A stretch of DNA of 35,691 bases from Priapulus caudatus (taxonomy: Eukaryota), in the NCBI RefSeq assembly GCF_000485595.1, contig NW_014577082.1:4483-40173 (forward strand). The letters run 5' to 3'. A program made the position numbers and the translations under genes. The notes under the pieces were generated by a model. It searched no databases. It saw only the letters and a list, made by a program, of their open reading frames with translations, and was not told the DNA's origin. Positions 25,440 through 35,607 of the stretch are shown here, piece by piece; position 1 is the first letter of the stretch, and every line of letters starts with the position of its first letter.

Positions 25440-25784
25440 TGTTCTGCTTGCATCTATGACAAATACGACATACGCATATACGCTCTCCTATGACACTATT
25501 TGTCATAGGAAGAATCTTCCTATGACAAATACGACATACGCATATACGCTCTCCTATGACACTATTTGTCATAGGAAGATTCTTCCTTAATATTGTTGCA
25601 TGTGTTGTTGCGTATCATAGGAGTTTAGGTGCGCTATTATGAACCCAAGCAGTGAATTTCAGCTGTAAAGCGGAACGAAGTTGACTCGCCAATATTTGTC
25701 ATAGGAAGATTCTTCCTATGACAAATAGTGTCATAAGAGAGCGTATATGCGTACGTCGTATTTGTCATAGATGCAAGCAGAACA
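25440..25784. mobile_element. MITE/foldback-like non-autonomous element in intron 7
   Basis: ~92-bp terminal inverted repeats (25440-25531 / 25693-25784, 2 mismatches), an internal 66-bp tandem duplication, and ~10 TATGAC/GTCATA submotifs. No coding capacity. No clean TSD seen. Confidence 0.75.
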
Positions 25785-26618
25785 TGTTGCTCTATTCACG
25801 GCGCAGTCCCACGGTGCCAGCAATTACCGGCTGAGATTTTTTAACAGTGTTATCTCCGTGTAATCTCTTCTAACCGCTAACGCTTTCACTATTCGACTGT
25901 CACGCGCATGCAGGGATGCCGGCGCGGGGCCGTGGTCCCATCGCTATTGGGTACGCCGTTGGAGCGGAATAAATTTAGGCTTTGGCGAAAAACTTAAAAG
26001 CAATGCCTCAGCTTCGTGCTTTATCGATCGATTTCCCATTAGCATAGATCCAATTTGGGCGACTGCCAAGCGATAGGTATCTTCTGAAACGCCTCTAGAC
26101 ACGCTCACAGCAGGCGACCGCAACATATTAGCGGTTGGTAAACATGCGGATATGCTACATCGGTGAAATAAATAAAAAGCTAACCAAAATATTATTCAAA
26201 TAAAGGCAACTTATATATGGGTACCATAGAGGGCCATGGACGTTAATCGCTTATATGATTGCTATTGTTGCGGTCTAAAAAAAAACTCATGTCGATCGCC
26301 TTCTGGGTAACACGAACAGTCTGACTACCGGAAAATGTAACGTTTAAAATTAATGTATGAAGAAGCTCCACGCATACACGGTATGTTCTTCCCACACCGT
26401 GAGCTTGAAGCCGCGAATAACAGTTTGTCTAGATAGTAACGAAGTCTTAGGCTGGCAATCACAAACAGAGAGAAGGGACACGCACACAGACACATTAATA
26501 AATAACTAAATAAATAAATAATTAAATAAACAAACAAATAAATAAATAAATATATATATATATCCTCTTTTCTCAAAACGGTCGTACAATAATAACATTA
26601 GCACGAAGGGCAACTTAC

Positions 26619-26787
26619 CGGGAAGCATTCCCTGAAGCAGACGTGCACTTGACATTCGAAGTAAACATCCTGTCGATCTGGGAACTTGAAGGCTTTAAAC
26701 GGAGCGTAGACGATCGTCTGACCAGGCTGCGGGCGGTCGCGCTCGTGCCGAAAATTCCCGATAATTTTCTTGCCTACCAGAGGGCAC
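26619..26787 (-). CDS. ZP-domain protein, coding exon 7 (CPLVGKKIIGNFRHERDRPQPGQTIVYAPFKAFKFPDRQDVYFECQVHVCFRECFP)
   Basis: Acceptor gtgtttcag|G (phase 2), donor CCG|gtaagt (phase 0). Hallmark F.AFKFPD...VYF.C.V..C...C ZP-C motif. Confidence 0.95.
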
Positions 26788-26852
26788 CTGAAACACGCGT
26801 GTTGCTACTCGTGAGCCACACGTCTCCACGTGAGATTTTTGCTTTGTTTGCT

Positions 26853-26935
26853 GCCGGCTACACCTGTTACTGTATACGAAATGTTCACAGAATATGTGCG
26901 GCCGGCTACACCTGTTAAACGAAATGTTCACATAA
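26853..26935. repeat. Two-copy ~48-bp tandem duplication in intron 6
   Basis: gccggctacacctgtta...cgaaatgttcaca occurs twice. Confidence 0.8.
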
Positions 26936-27197
26936 TAGGTGCGGTTAATCGTTAATTTTAATCTTTACTGCAATTGTTTAGCTGGATATTGTACAGCCAG
27001 TGTGTGTACGAATAGACGATGGGGTTGTATTCGTGAATGAAGGATGCGAGATGATCGTATATATGAAACGTAGCGTTTAATTCGCGATAATTTAACCCTG
27101 AAATAGCTAGCCGGATAATCAAATAGGCGAGCGAGAAATACTATTTTTTTTAACTATTAAAAAATTAGGTATCAATCTTTTCTGTATGGGAGCTCAC

Positions 27198-27279
27198 CCT
27201 TTCTCGTCTACTAGAGGAATGTATTTCTTTCCCGTTCCGTCGTGCGCAACGCATTGCGTGACCGAGATGTCGTAGTCAG
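27198..27279 (-). CDS. ZP-domain protein, coding exon 6 (SDYDISVTQCVAHDGTGKKYIPLVDEKG)
   Basis: Acceptor attattgcag|CT (phase 1), donor GG|gtgagc (phase 2). V..C.A.DG.....L+D..GC ZP-C motif. Confidence 0.92.
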
Positions 27280-27709
27280 CTGCAATAATGACACATAGAT
27301 GGCGCCAGCGTCCAGTAACGCGTAATAACTAACCAAGCTGGGACGAAACCAGGAAACGCTAACATTTGCGATAATTATGAGCAAATATTCCAACAAACCG
27401 CACATTATAGAGCTTGTGCTAGATTGCGAAAATCATTTAACTTTGCACACTGTATAGCTGATAGCACGACTTCCGTTTCCGCGTCACGAGAAATCTGGTG
27501 AACTCTGAAAATACTCGTTCCCGACAAAACCACATTCCACGCTAAACTGGCTTGCTTTCATATATCTCTAGAACTATATGCCACGTTGCAGCGTATGTCA
27601 CCACATTTACATTACCTCACATGCACATAACTACAACTTTCGGCATTGTTGTGCTTAGCGCATACGCACTAAAATATAGTCGTTAATGTGATACGCAGAC
27701 GCGACTTAC

Positions 27710-27861
27710 AGTTATCGGTCAAGATGGCGGCTAAAGCCGACTTCTGGCCGACCTTCAGGTGTTCGGCGGGACCTTTGGATATGTCCTCCCCGCCAAATAT
27801 TTGGAACAGCACCTGTGGGATGCCGATGCGGTATGTCGCCACCGTCGTCACTCCAAGATTG
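27710..27861 (-). CDS. ZP-domain protein, coding exon 5 (PNLGVTTVATYRIGIPQVLFQIFGGEDISKGPAEHLKVGQKSALAAILTDN)
   Basis: Acceptor cttggcag|C (phase 2), donor T|gtaagt (phase 1). Interdomain linker and the '+KVG' start of ZP-C. Confidence 0.9.
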
Positions 27862-28240
27862 CTGCCAAGTATGAGAAACACGGATGATTACGTCTGAGAA
27901 AATCTTCAATGATAGTCGAAAGGGTGGGTCCGTTTTCAGTTTCGCAGGTGAAAAAATATGACATTACCCAGTACCCGGTTAATTAAAATCGAAATTTCGG
28001 CACCAACGACACCTCACTTCAAACGTTATAACATGTTAGGCTCATGGTGTTATGGCTATTTATATTTCCGACGGCGGGCCGCAGATATATCCACAAATAG
28101 GAAGGTAGATTTTAAAGTTTCGTGATGACGTGCATACGCAGTCAGCTGAAACTAGTACGGAATCTATCTACACACGCTAAGCATGGTCTCGCGCCAGTAG
28201 ACGATTACTGTGAGTTATATATAGAGACGACTGCACTTAC

Positions 28241-28404
28241 GGAGCCGTCACTCCCGTGTTGACCGCCTGCTGCCCGAAGCCCTCGAACTGGCAACGCACG
28301 GCGAATGCCCTGTCCCAGCCTTCCAGCACCTCCCACTCCGGCTCTGACATTACCACCAGCACATTGTCGTACACGATCTTGCCGCCATCTTTAGTGTACT
28401 CGTC
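28241..28404 (-). CDS. ZP-domain protein, coding exon 4 (DEYTKDGGKIVYDNVLVVMSEPEWEVLEGWDRAFAVRCQFEGFGQQAVNTGVTA)
   Basis: Acceptor attatccag|GAC (phase 0), donor CC|gtaagt (phase 2). Y.N.+VV...D+.F.+.C.[FY] end-of-ZP-N motif. Not in the ORF track. Confidence 0.92.
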
Positions 28405-29147
28405 CTGGATAATGTGAGAAAAATAATTCGGTTTATGTTAGATATAGACCATGAAAGACTATGGAAGGCAACTGCAGTCATTTATAGATAGATCGATAAT
28501 ATATTTATTGCTTGGTAATTTTTCAAAAAATACATGATGGCATCAGAGAATATAATATTGAAGTTCATGATATTTACAGTCATATTATAATTTATGGTTA
28601 AGAATAAAATTATATTACATGACAGAGCGTTGATTGCATCATAAATATGACAAAGTAATATTTCTTTTAACATTTCCATTTTTGGAACGAGCGTTCTATT
28701 TTTATTACATTAAAGCGGGGGCTAAAAAGTAAGCCGTCGTCCAGCACAAACTTTCCTGTAAATTCATTATATGAATTCGCAAGATTAACTGCAAGGCATC
28801 GAAAATAACAGACGTAAAGGAAGTAATGTGTAAAGGCGGCGACATTGCTCGTGAGTGATTATTGTTGCTCGTTGTTGCCTCTCTTCGCCGTCTATGATTG
28901 GTCGCTGTATTACGACCAGGGAATTTTACGCAGTGTGCTTCCGCGAGAATATTCCAGGTCACGACCGCATCGATATTGGTGTTTGGTTTAGATAAGACGA
29001 CGTTTACATAATCATACGCGTTAACTATGCTGACGACCGACCAGCGATTATCTACACATCCGGGTTATCAATCATATCACATCACATCAATCAAACGCGG
29101 TCTGTCTTTCCGTTTTTCAGCCGCGTTCGCACGTTTTGACAACGAAA

Positions 29148-29313
29148 TTTCGTATATTTTGGATACATTTTTTTTGCGGTTTCATACATTCTGAGGACTA
29201 CTTTAAGCGACCGTTTCGTACATTTTCAGAACTACTTTTCGCGGAGGTTTTCGTACATTTTAAGATATACTTTTTCGAGGCGATCTCGTACATTTTGAGA
29301 ACTACTTTTCGCG
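29148..29313. repeat. ~34-bp degenerate minisatellite in intron 3
   Basis: About 5 units with core ttcgtacatttt..gaactacttttcgcgg. Confidence 0.75.
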
Positions 29314-29370
29314 GCGGCGGCGGCGGCGCACGCGAAGTGGCGCGATGAGCGACGAGCGCGATCTACTTAC

Positions 29371-29558
29371 GGCTGACTGCTTGAAGCCGCAGCTGTCCAA
29401 TCCGATCACGATCTGCGCCATCTGGTCTCCCTTCCCGCGCGTGCGGCACCCTTGTACGTCGTAGTACTCCTTTGCGTAGATGCGGCCCGAGAACGCCTGG
29501 TTGAATCTCAACGTCACGACCATCGTGTTCTGTCCCGGCGGGCACAGCACCTGAATAT
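29371..29558 (-). CDS. ZP-domain protein, coding exon 3: start of ZP-N (DIQVLCPPGQNTMVVTLRFNQAFSGRIYAKEYYDVQGC...LDSCGFKQSA)
   Basis: Acceptor tgtatcag|AT (phase 1), donor GCC|gtaagt (phase 0). The C..M.V...F...F.G.IY.K......C...CG pattern is typical of cuticlin/arthropod ZP-N. Confidence 0.93.
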
Positions 29559-30009
29559 CTGATACAACAAAGGAGAATGTCGTTTAGAGCAACTCGTGAT
29601 GCTCGTGGGTTGTGGGAGGGGTGATATCATTCAGGGGGTCTCGCGCAGCACTGAGCGGTAAAAAGGCGCGTGTGAAGATTTTCACGCGCGGCGCGTATAT
29701 AGATCCAGCAGACAATAGTCGCGCGTAACGCCATTGTGTTGCAGATTTTGCGATTAAATCTATGTTTTTAAATTGTTTTTTTTTCAGATCGTTAAGCTTC
29801 GCTTTAACGAGAAAGAAGTCGTCTGTTGTTGCCGTTCGCGTTTGTTTCCCAGCCGCATGTTACCAAGTTTGCACCGATACTATCGTCTCCACCCACACCG
29901 TTCCAGTCGCAGCTAACCGACAAACTGCCCACGGCTTTAATCGAATAATATGGTGTGATAGTTCATGACATCGGTGGCGGGGGATGAATGGATTGAAGCT
30001 CAGGTTTCT

Positions 30010-30745
30010 CAGGTGGTTCTACGCTGACTTGTGATTGTGTTACCGTCAGCGGTGCAGGGAAAGAAAGGAATGAAAGAAGGAAGGGAGGAAAGAAGAAAGG
30101 AAAATGGAAGGAAGGAAGGAAGAAGGAAGGAAGGAAGGAAGGAAGGAAGGAAGGAAGGAAGGAGGAAGGAAGGAAGGAAGGAAGGAAGGAGGAAGGAAGG
30201 AAGGAAGGAAGGAAGGAAGGAAGGAAGGAAGGAAGGAAGGAAGGAAGGAAGGAGGGAATGAAGAAAGGAAGGAATAAACGAACGAACGAACGAACGAACG
30301 AACGAACGAACGAACGATAGGCAGATGGATCTGAGCTGGCCTGTTATTGTGTCAGCGGTGTAGGAAATAAATAAAGGAAGAAAGGAAGGAAGGAAGGAAG
30401 GAAGGAAGGAAGGAAGGAAGGAAGGAAGGAAGGAAGGAAGGAAGGAAGGAAGGAAGGAAGGAAGGAAGGAAGGAAGGAAGAAAAGAAGGAAGGAAGGAAG
30501 GAGGGAATGAAGAAAGGAAGGAATAAACGAACGAACGAACGAACGAACGATAGGCAGATGGATCTGAGCTGGCCTGTTATTGTGTTACCGTCAGCGATGT
30601 AGGAAATAAATGAAGGAAGAAAGGGAGGAAGGAAGGCGGAAGAGAAGGAAAGAATGAATGAATGAAGAAAGGAAGGAACGAACGAAGGAAGGAACGATGG
30701 GCAGGTGGTTCTGAGCTCACCTGTGATTATGTTGCCGTCGGCGTA
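30010..30745. repeat. Composite tandem repeat: copies of exon-2 3' end and donor, separated by (GAAG)n/(AACG)n microsatellites
   Basis: Motif ctgt[gt]att[ag]tgtt[ag]ccgtc[ag]gcg at ~30029, ~30341 (with a deletion), ~30574 and 30721. Confidence 0.85.
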
Positions 30746-31846
30746 GTTGTCGCCCTGGCCGGCGATGCTGTATGGTTCCGAGTATCCCTGCCCGTCTCGC
30801 TTATCGTTGTACACGAGCCCCTCCTCTGGTAGGTAGCCGTCAGGTGGCGCATCGGTGCGTGGGCCGTTCCTCTGGTCTCTCGGTCTTTCGTCGGGATACG
30901 GATTGTAGAATGCATCCGGTCCTGTATTTCGTCCGGCTTCGTTGAACGGATTGTAGAGGCCGCCACTGGGCTCATATCGCTCCGTCTGCTGAGCGTAGGG
31001 GTCAAAATAATCATAGTCGCGACTCGGGTAGTCCTGCTTTTGCGGATTCTCGCCACCAGGCGGCGCTGGTTCTCGCTCCTCGACGCGAATCGGGTAAATG
31101 AGCGGGTCGTCGCCGCCTTGCAGCTCTTGCGACTTTATCGCCGCGTAAGGATTAAACGCTTCCTGGTTTTGATCTCCCGGTCCGTGTTGCTGACCGCCAG
31201 GAGGCGCCGACTGATCGTCCCACGGATTGTAGAAGGCAGACGGATCCTCCTCGGTGACTCGCAGAGGCGCCGATCCGATGTGCCTGTTGCCATCTGGCGG
31301 CGATTGTGGATGTCCGTCCGGACTGAGGTAGTAGGCGTCGTCGGAGGGCGGACCGCCGTACGTCTGGTAGCGATCGTGCTGCGCTCTGCCGTCGGCCTCG
31401 TAGCGTCCGGGCCGCTGCGACGGTGCGTCCTGCATGTGCTTGTCTTCCTTATCTTCCCCCGCTGCGGCCAGCCTCTGCACGTCTCCTGGTGCGTCTGAGC
31501 TGGGCCCGCTGTGCGGTCGCCGACCCCTGCCCCGCCCCGGCGAGCCAAGGCCCCTGCCCTGACTCGGACCCTGCTCCTGATCCTGACCCCTGTCTCTACT
31601 ATCGGCGGCGGCCGCGGCGGATTCCTGATTTTGCTCACCCTCTTTTGTTAGCTTATCTCCGAAAGAGTCGAAGTTGGTGATAAAGGCATCCAGCGTCGAC
31701 TCGAACGGATTTCCGCCGCTCGGTGCGCCACCTATGAAGCCGGTGCGGCCGTATTGCGGCACGGGCATGGACGAGAAGTCCGGCGCGGCGCCACCGGCGT
31801 CCTGCCCCGCACCGCGCTCGTCTGCTGCTGCGCGCGACAGCGGCAC
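30721..31846 (-). CDS. ZP-domain protein, coding exon 2: long G/P/D/Q/Y-rich low-complexity N-terminal region
   Basis: 1126-nt open, GC-rich exon. Acceptor ctctgacag|GTG (phase 0), donor ACA G|gtgagc (phase 1). Corresponds to the first 375 aa of the ORF 30344..31846. Confidence 0.88.
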
Positions 31847-32914
31847 CTGTCAGAGGCGAAAACAACTGATGTTACGAATGAACGAGAATGAAACACGTGA
31901 GGTGTAAACCAAAAAACGTGATAACCACGATAAAGCATAAATAAATAAACAACGACACGTGCGTCCGTCAACGAATATTAACCGGATATCGGATGTGAAT
32001 CTAACATGTGATGGCAGCCGGCGAATGCGGCTTACGTCATGAGACACCAGCGGACGGTGGCGCTCTCTCATCCTTAGCGGCAGCTTCAATAAACTTCGCA
32101 CTTGCGCGTCGCTGTGTGGTTTAGCCACGATGCATTAATCATTTATAGGTACGCTAGAGCGGGCGCGACGATGGAGCGGAGTTATCGCGAACGCAGTGAT
32201 TGTGTGAGAGAGTTAGCAAACCGGTGGGTCTGTCATCTGACAAGCACTCAGCGTTGCCCAGTTCGTGCGCTCGCGTGCTGCGCTTTAATATTCCAATCCA
32301 GTCTTTCTTATTGCGATGCTGAATTATAAATATTTAGAATATATAATATCCGTTATTACAGATACGCTTCGTTGTCTTCTAGCTCGATTGAAATTTTCAC
32401 ATACATTCGAAATTTTTAGAATTTTTAAGGTTGAAAATGATGGAATTTCCGAGACGAGACAGCCAGCTGTGGCGTGCCGCGAGGCGCTCTAGCAAGCAAT
32501 AACACGAGAGAAACGTGAACACCATATCACGCATATACTTACCCATATTGGTTTTAGCAAAACATCACTCTATGATAGTAACAACAAACGCTAACGTGAA
32601 AACAACGAGTGCGCTGTACAGCGAGAAGTTACAGATAGTTAAGCTTATAAGCGCGCGTAACTGCACGGGGGAGGGACAACGTTTCTATCCCATCACTAGC
32701 AGTAGGAAGTAAACCCTGCGATACTCCGCAACAAGCAGCAGCAGCGGCGGCTGCTTACGACGGCCAGGAACTAAATAAACCGCGTAATTGTGCTCGAGAT
32801 GGAAATGCGTAAATTCGCTCAGGCCGCACACAATCGCTTATCTGTGTTTGCGCGCGCTGCTGTGATGTGTCGGGAAGGGGGGCTGTTGGCGATTGTGCTC
32901 GCGCACAGCATATA

Positions 32915-32993
32915 ACTCACACACACGCACGCACGCACGCACACACAGACACACACACGCGCGCGCGCACGCACGTACCCACGCACGCATGCA

Positions 32994-33078
<85 letters not shown>
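32915..33078. repeat. (CA)n/(CACG)n microsatellite in intron 1
   Basis: Direct reading. Confidence 0.95.
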
Positions 33079-33080
<2 letters not shown>

Positions 33081-33754
33081 GCATTAGTTTATACACGACC
33101 GGGATATGACACAATTAACAGCAAATTACCATCACCGTTATTCACGGAATAGATGTTCAATTGGTCTAGCAATTAATTAGCAATTTGCGTGTAAGGTCGA
33201 GCTGGGTACGTTTAATTGTACACTCCAGGTGCTAACCATGAAACCACAAATTATGTTGATGTAGGTAAAATCACACAGCACGAAAAAACTTCTTTAAACC
33301 AGTTTTACTGTCCCGTTCGTATTAAAATCGTATTAAATCGCTCGTAATTGGAACAGTGACCTTTCGTAATAATTAGTAAAATGGTAATTTACGCCGCTGC
33401 GGTTGTTCGCCCTGGGGTATCCTCGCGCTATGCGATAGATCTCCTGCTATTTCTAGCACTGGTGTGTTTATGCCTGTGCTAGAATTCCAGGAAAAGGCTC
33501 TTCTTGTATGGCTATTCGATTAAGGCTCAGCGTTAACGTGCAAGAGAAATAAATATCTTGAGCTGGTGCGACGAGCGTGACTTACACGGGTGTAGATACG
33601 TATTACAATCCGCTATACCATCTATTATAAAATATCACTCGCACATTTTAAGTTGTATTTTGATTACGAAGTTGCGGCCATAATTGGTTGACAATATCGT
33701 CCTGGCGCAGCACACGTGAATAGCAGATGCTCGCGTGTATCCCTCATGTGTGTA

Positions 33755-33948
33755 TCGCGTGCACGCACGCACGCACACGCACGCACGCACCCACGCACAC
33801 ACGCACACAAACAAACAAACAAACAAGCAAACACACACACACATGCACACATACATACACACAAACAAACAAACAAACAAACAAACAAACAAACAAACAA
33901 ACAAACAAACGCGCACACACACACAAACAACCAAACAAACAAACAAAC

Positions 33949-34036
<88 letters not shown>

Positions 34037-34060
34037 NNNNNNNNNNCACTACACACTACA

Positions 34061-34150
<90 letters not shown>
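33755..34150. repeat. Compound (CACG)n/(CAAA)n/(CA)n microsatellite
   Basis: Direct reading; contains the 10-N gap. Confidence 0.95.
34037..34046. other. Assembly gap (10 N) inside a (CA)n tract
   Basis: Run of 10 n. Confidence 0.99.
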
Positions 34151-34153
<3 letters not shown>

Positions 34154-34189
34154 TCATCATAGATATGTCGCTGCTATCAACACACTCAC

Positions 34190-34240
34190 GCAGGTCGCTA
34201 GCGTCAGAAGCGCGTAGGTTAGAGCTGAGAACTTCCCCAT
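34190..34240 (-). CDS. ZP-domain (cuticlin-like) protein, coding exon 1: start codon and signal peptide (MGKFSALTYALLTLATC)
   Basis: ATG in strong context (gcaccATGG). 17 hydrophobic codons end at donor TGC|gtgagt, phase 0. The exon has an upstream acceptor ttttgttttgcag| at 34297, so 34241-34297 is 5'UTR. Joins in frame to exon 2 (..LATC|VPLSRAAA..), completing a signal peptide. Confidence 0.8.
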
Positions 34241-34317
34241 GGTGCTTGTGCTTGGTCTTGTCGTCGGAGATGTGAAACCAATCGGAAATGCCCGACGCTG
34301 CAAAACAAAAGAAATTA

Positions 34318-34376
34318 GTGTACAGTCCCTGCTCACGTGTACAGTCCCTGCTCACGTGTACAGTCCCTGCTCACGT
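34318..34376. repeat. Three perfect copies of a 19-bp unit gtgtacagtccctgctcac
   Basis: Units start at 34318, 34337 and 34356. The junctions form CACGTG. Confidence 0.95.
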
Positions 34377-34419
34377 TTTGCGCGCCGATGTTAGAGACAT
34401 AACAGCGTAACTATCGCCA

Positions 34420-34828
34420 CAACATCATCAGCGGCATCATCATCAGCGGCATCAACAGCAGCGGCACCAGCTGCAGCGGCATCATCAGCAGCGGCACCAG
34501 AAGCAGCGGCACCAGAAGCAGCGGCATCAGAAACAGCGGCATCAGAAGCAGCAGCGACACCAGCAGCAGCGGCACCAGCTGCAGCGGCATCAGCAGCAGC
34601 GGCACCAGCTGCAGCGGCACCAGCAGCAGCGACACCAGCAGCAGCGACACCAGCAGCAGCGGTACCAGCAGCAGCGGCATCAGAAGTAGCAGCAGCAGCA
34701 GCAGCGGCGACACCAGCAGCAGCAGCAACAGCAGCAGCGGCAACAGCAGCAGCGGCAACAGCAGCAGCGGCAACAGCAGCAGCGTCACCAGTAGCGGCAC
34801 TAGAAGCAGCGACACCCAGCAGCAGCAG
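34420..34828. repeat. (CAG)-derived 15-bp minisatellite (gcagcagcggcacca)
   Basis: Triplet-phased tandem variants, upstream of the start-codon exon. Confidence 0.9.
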
Positions 34829-35148
34829 TCGAACAGAGGTTTCGCGTTGCCATGAAAACGAGCGGCCGTAAAAAAACCGTTAGTGTTTTCACGCGGCAAA
34901 AAAGTTGCGAGCTTCAATTAATTTCGCCTAAAAACCCACTCCTGCGCAGAGCTTCAGTTCGGGGGGGGGGGTCTAAAGAGACCGCGTGCTAGCTAGCGCG
35001 GTTGTTTTCCGCGGTGTAGCTTGGGAAAGGCGAGTCACTGCGTGCAATAGCAAACGCTGCTAACAGACAGACAAACAGACGTAATACTGAGGTCAGTGGC
35101 TTATGCTCACCCACACAACTCTACCCTCCCAACAGAGACAACGTCATC

Positions 35149-35152
<4 letters not shown>

Positions 35153-35186
<34 letters not shown>
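35153..35186. repeat. (AT)n microsatellite
   Basis: Perfect run. Confidence 0.95.
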
Positions 35187-35189
<3 letters not shown>

Positions 35190-35571
35190 CGTTGATTTCA
35201 GCTTTTTCTGCAAATAAATGCTCTATAAGTCGTATCCTGTTACTTACCACTGGCACACGCAGTTCGAACACTTACCTCATTGACGTCGCACGCGACAAAC
35301 AACAATGCATATTACCTTCCTAGCCTATCATTCTTAGTAGTAACAAGACTCTACCAACTTCCGAACCCGTTTTGCATCCACAAGAAGCTGATTAGCTGTT
35401 TTAAGCGCGCGAGCGACACATGCATCTGATGAACTTAGCTGAGCAGGTACCTCGCTATGAACTCGAAGCTCCTTGTTCTCGTCCACGAGCACTGAATATC
35501 AGGAATCGTGTAGAAGTCCAACGATCATAGACGCATATGCATGTATAGATGTGTACACGTATGTGTGTGTA

Positions 35572-35580
<9 letters not shown>

Positions 35581-35607
<27 letters not shown>

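Noticed and set aside
25036..25572. N-terminal part of the 266-aa minus ORF 24772..25572
   Set aside because: Read-through of the MITE and pyrimidine tract. The real exon starts at the acceptor at 25035.
29148..29313. CRISPR-like reading of short regular repeats (also 34318-34376 and 25454-25586)
   Set aside because: No unique spacers, no cas genes, eukaryotic intronic context.
30344..30720. C-terminal 125 aa (PSFL repeats) of the 500-aa ORF
   Set aside because: Lies beyond a canonical donor that splices in frame to the ZP exon. It is the intronic (TTCC)n microsatellite.
32543..32614. Possible extra minus-strand exon (tgtacag| ... ATGG|gtaagt) in intron 1
   Set aside because: Stops in all three frames. 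Exon 1 already joins exon 2 in frame.
35242..35495. Candidate non-coding first exon/promoter (donors gtaagt at 35247 and 35275, Inr-like TCAGT at 35495-35491, minus strand)
   Set aside because: An upstream UTR exon is implied by the acceptor at 34297, but several donors compete and there is no TATA support. It cannot be placed without transcript data.
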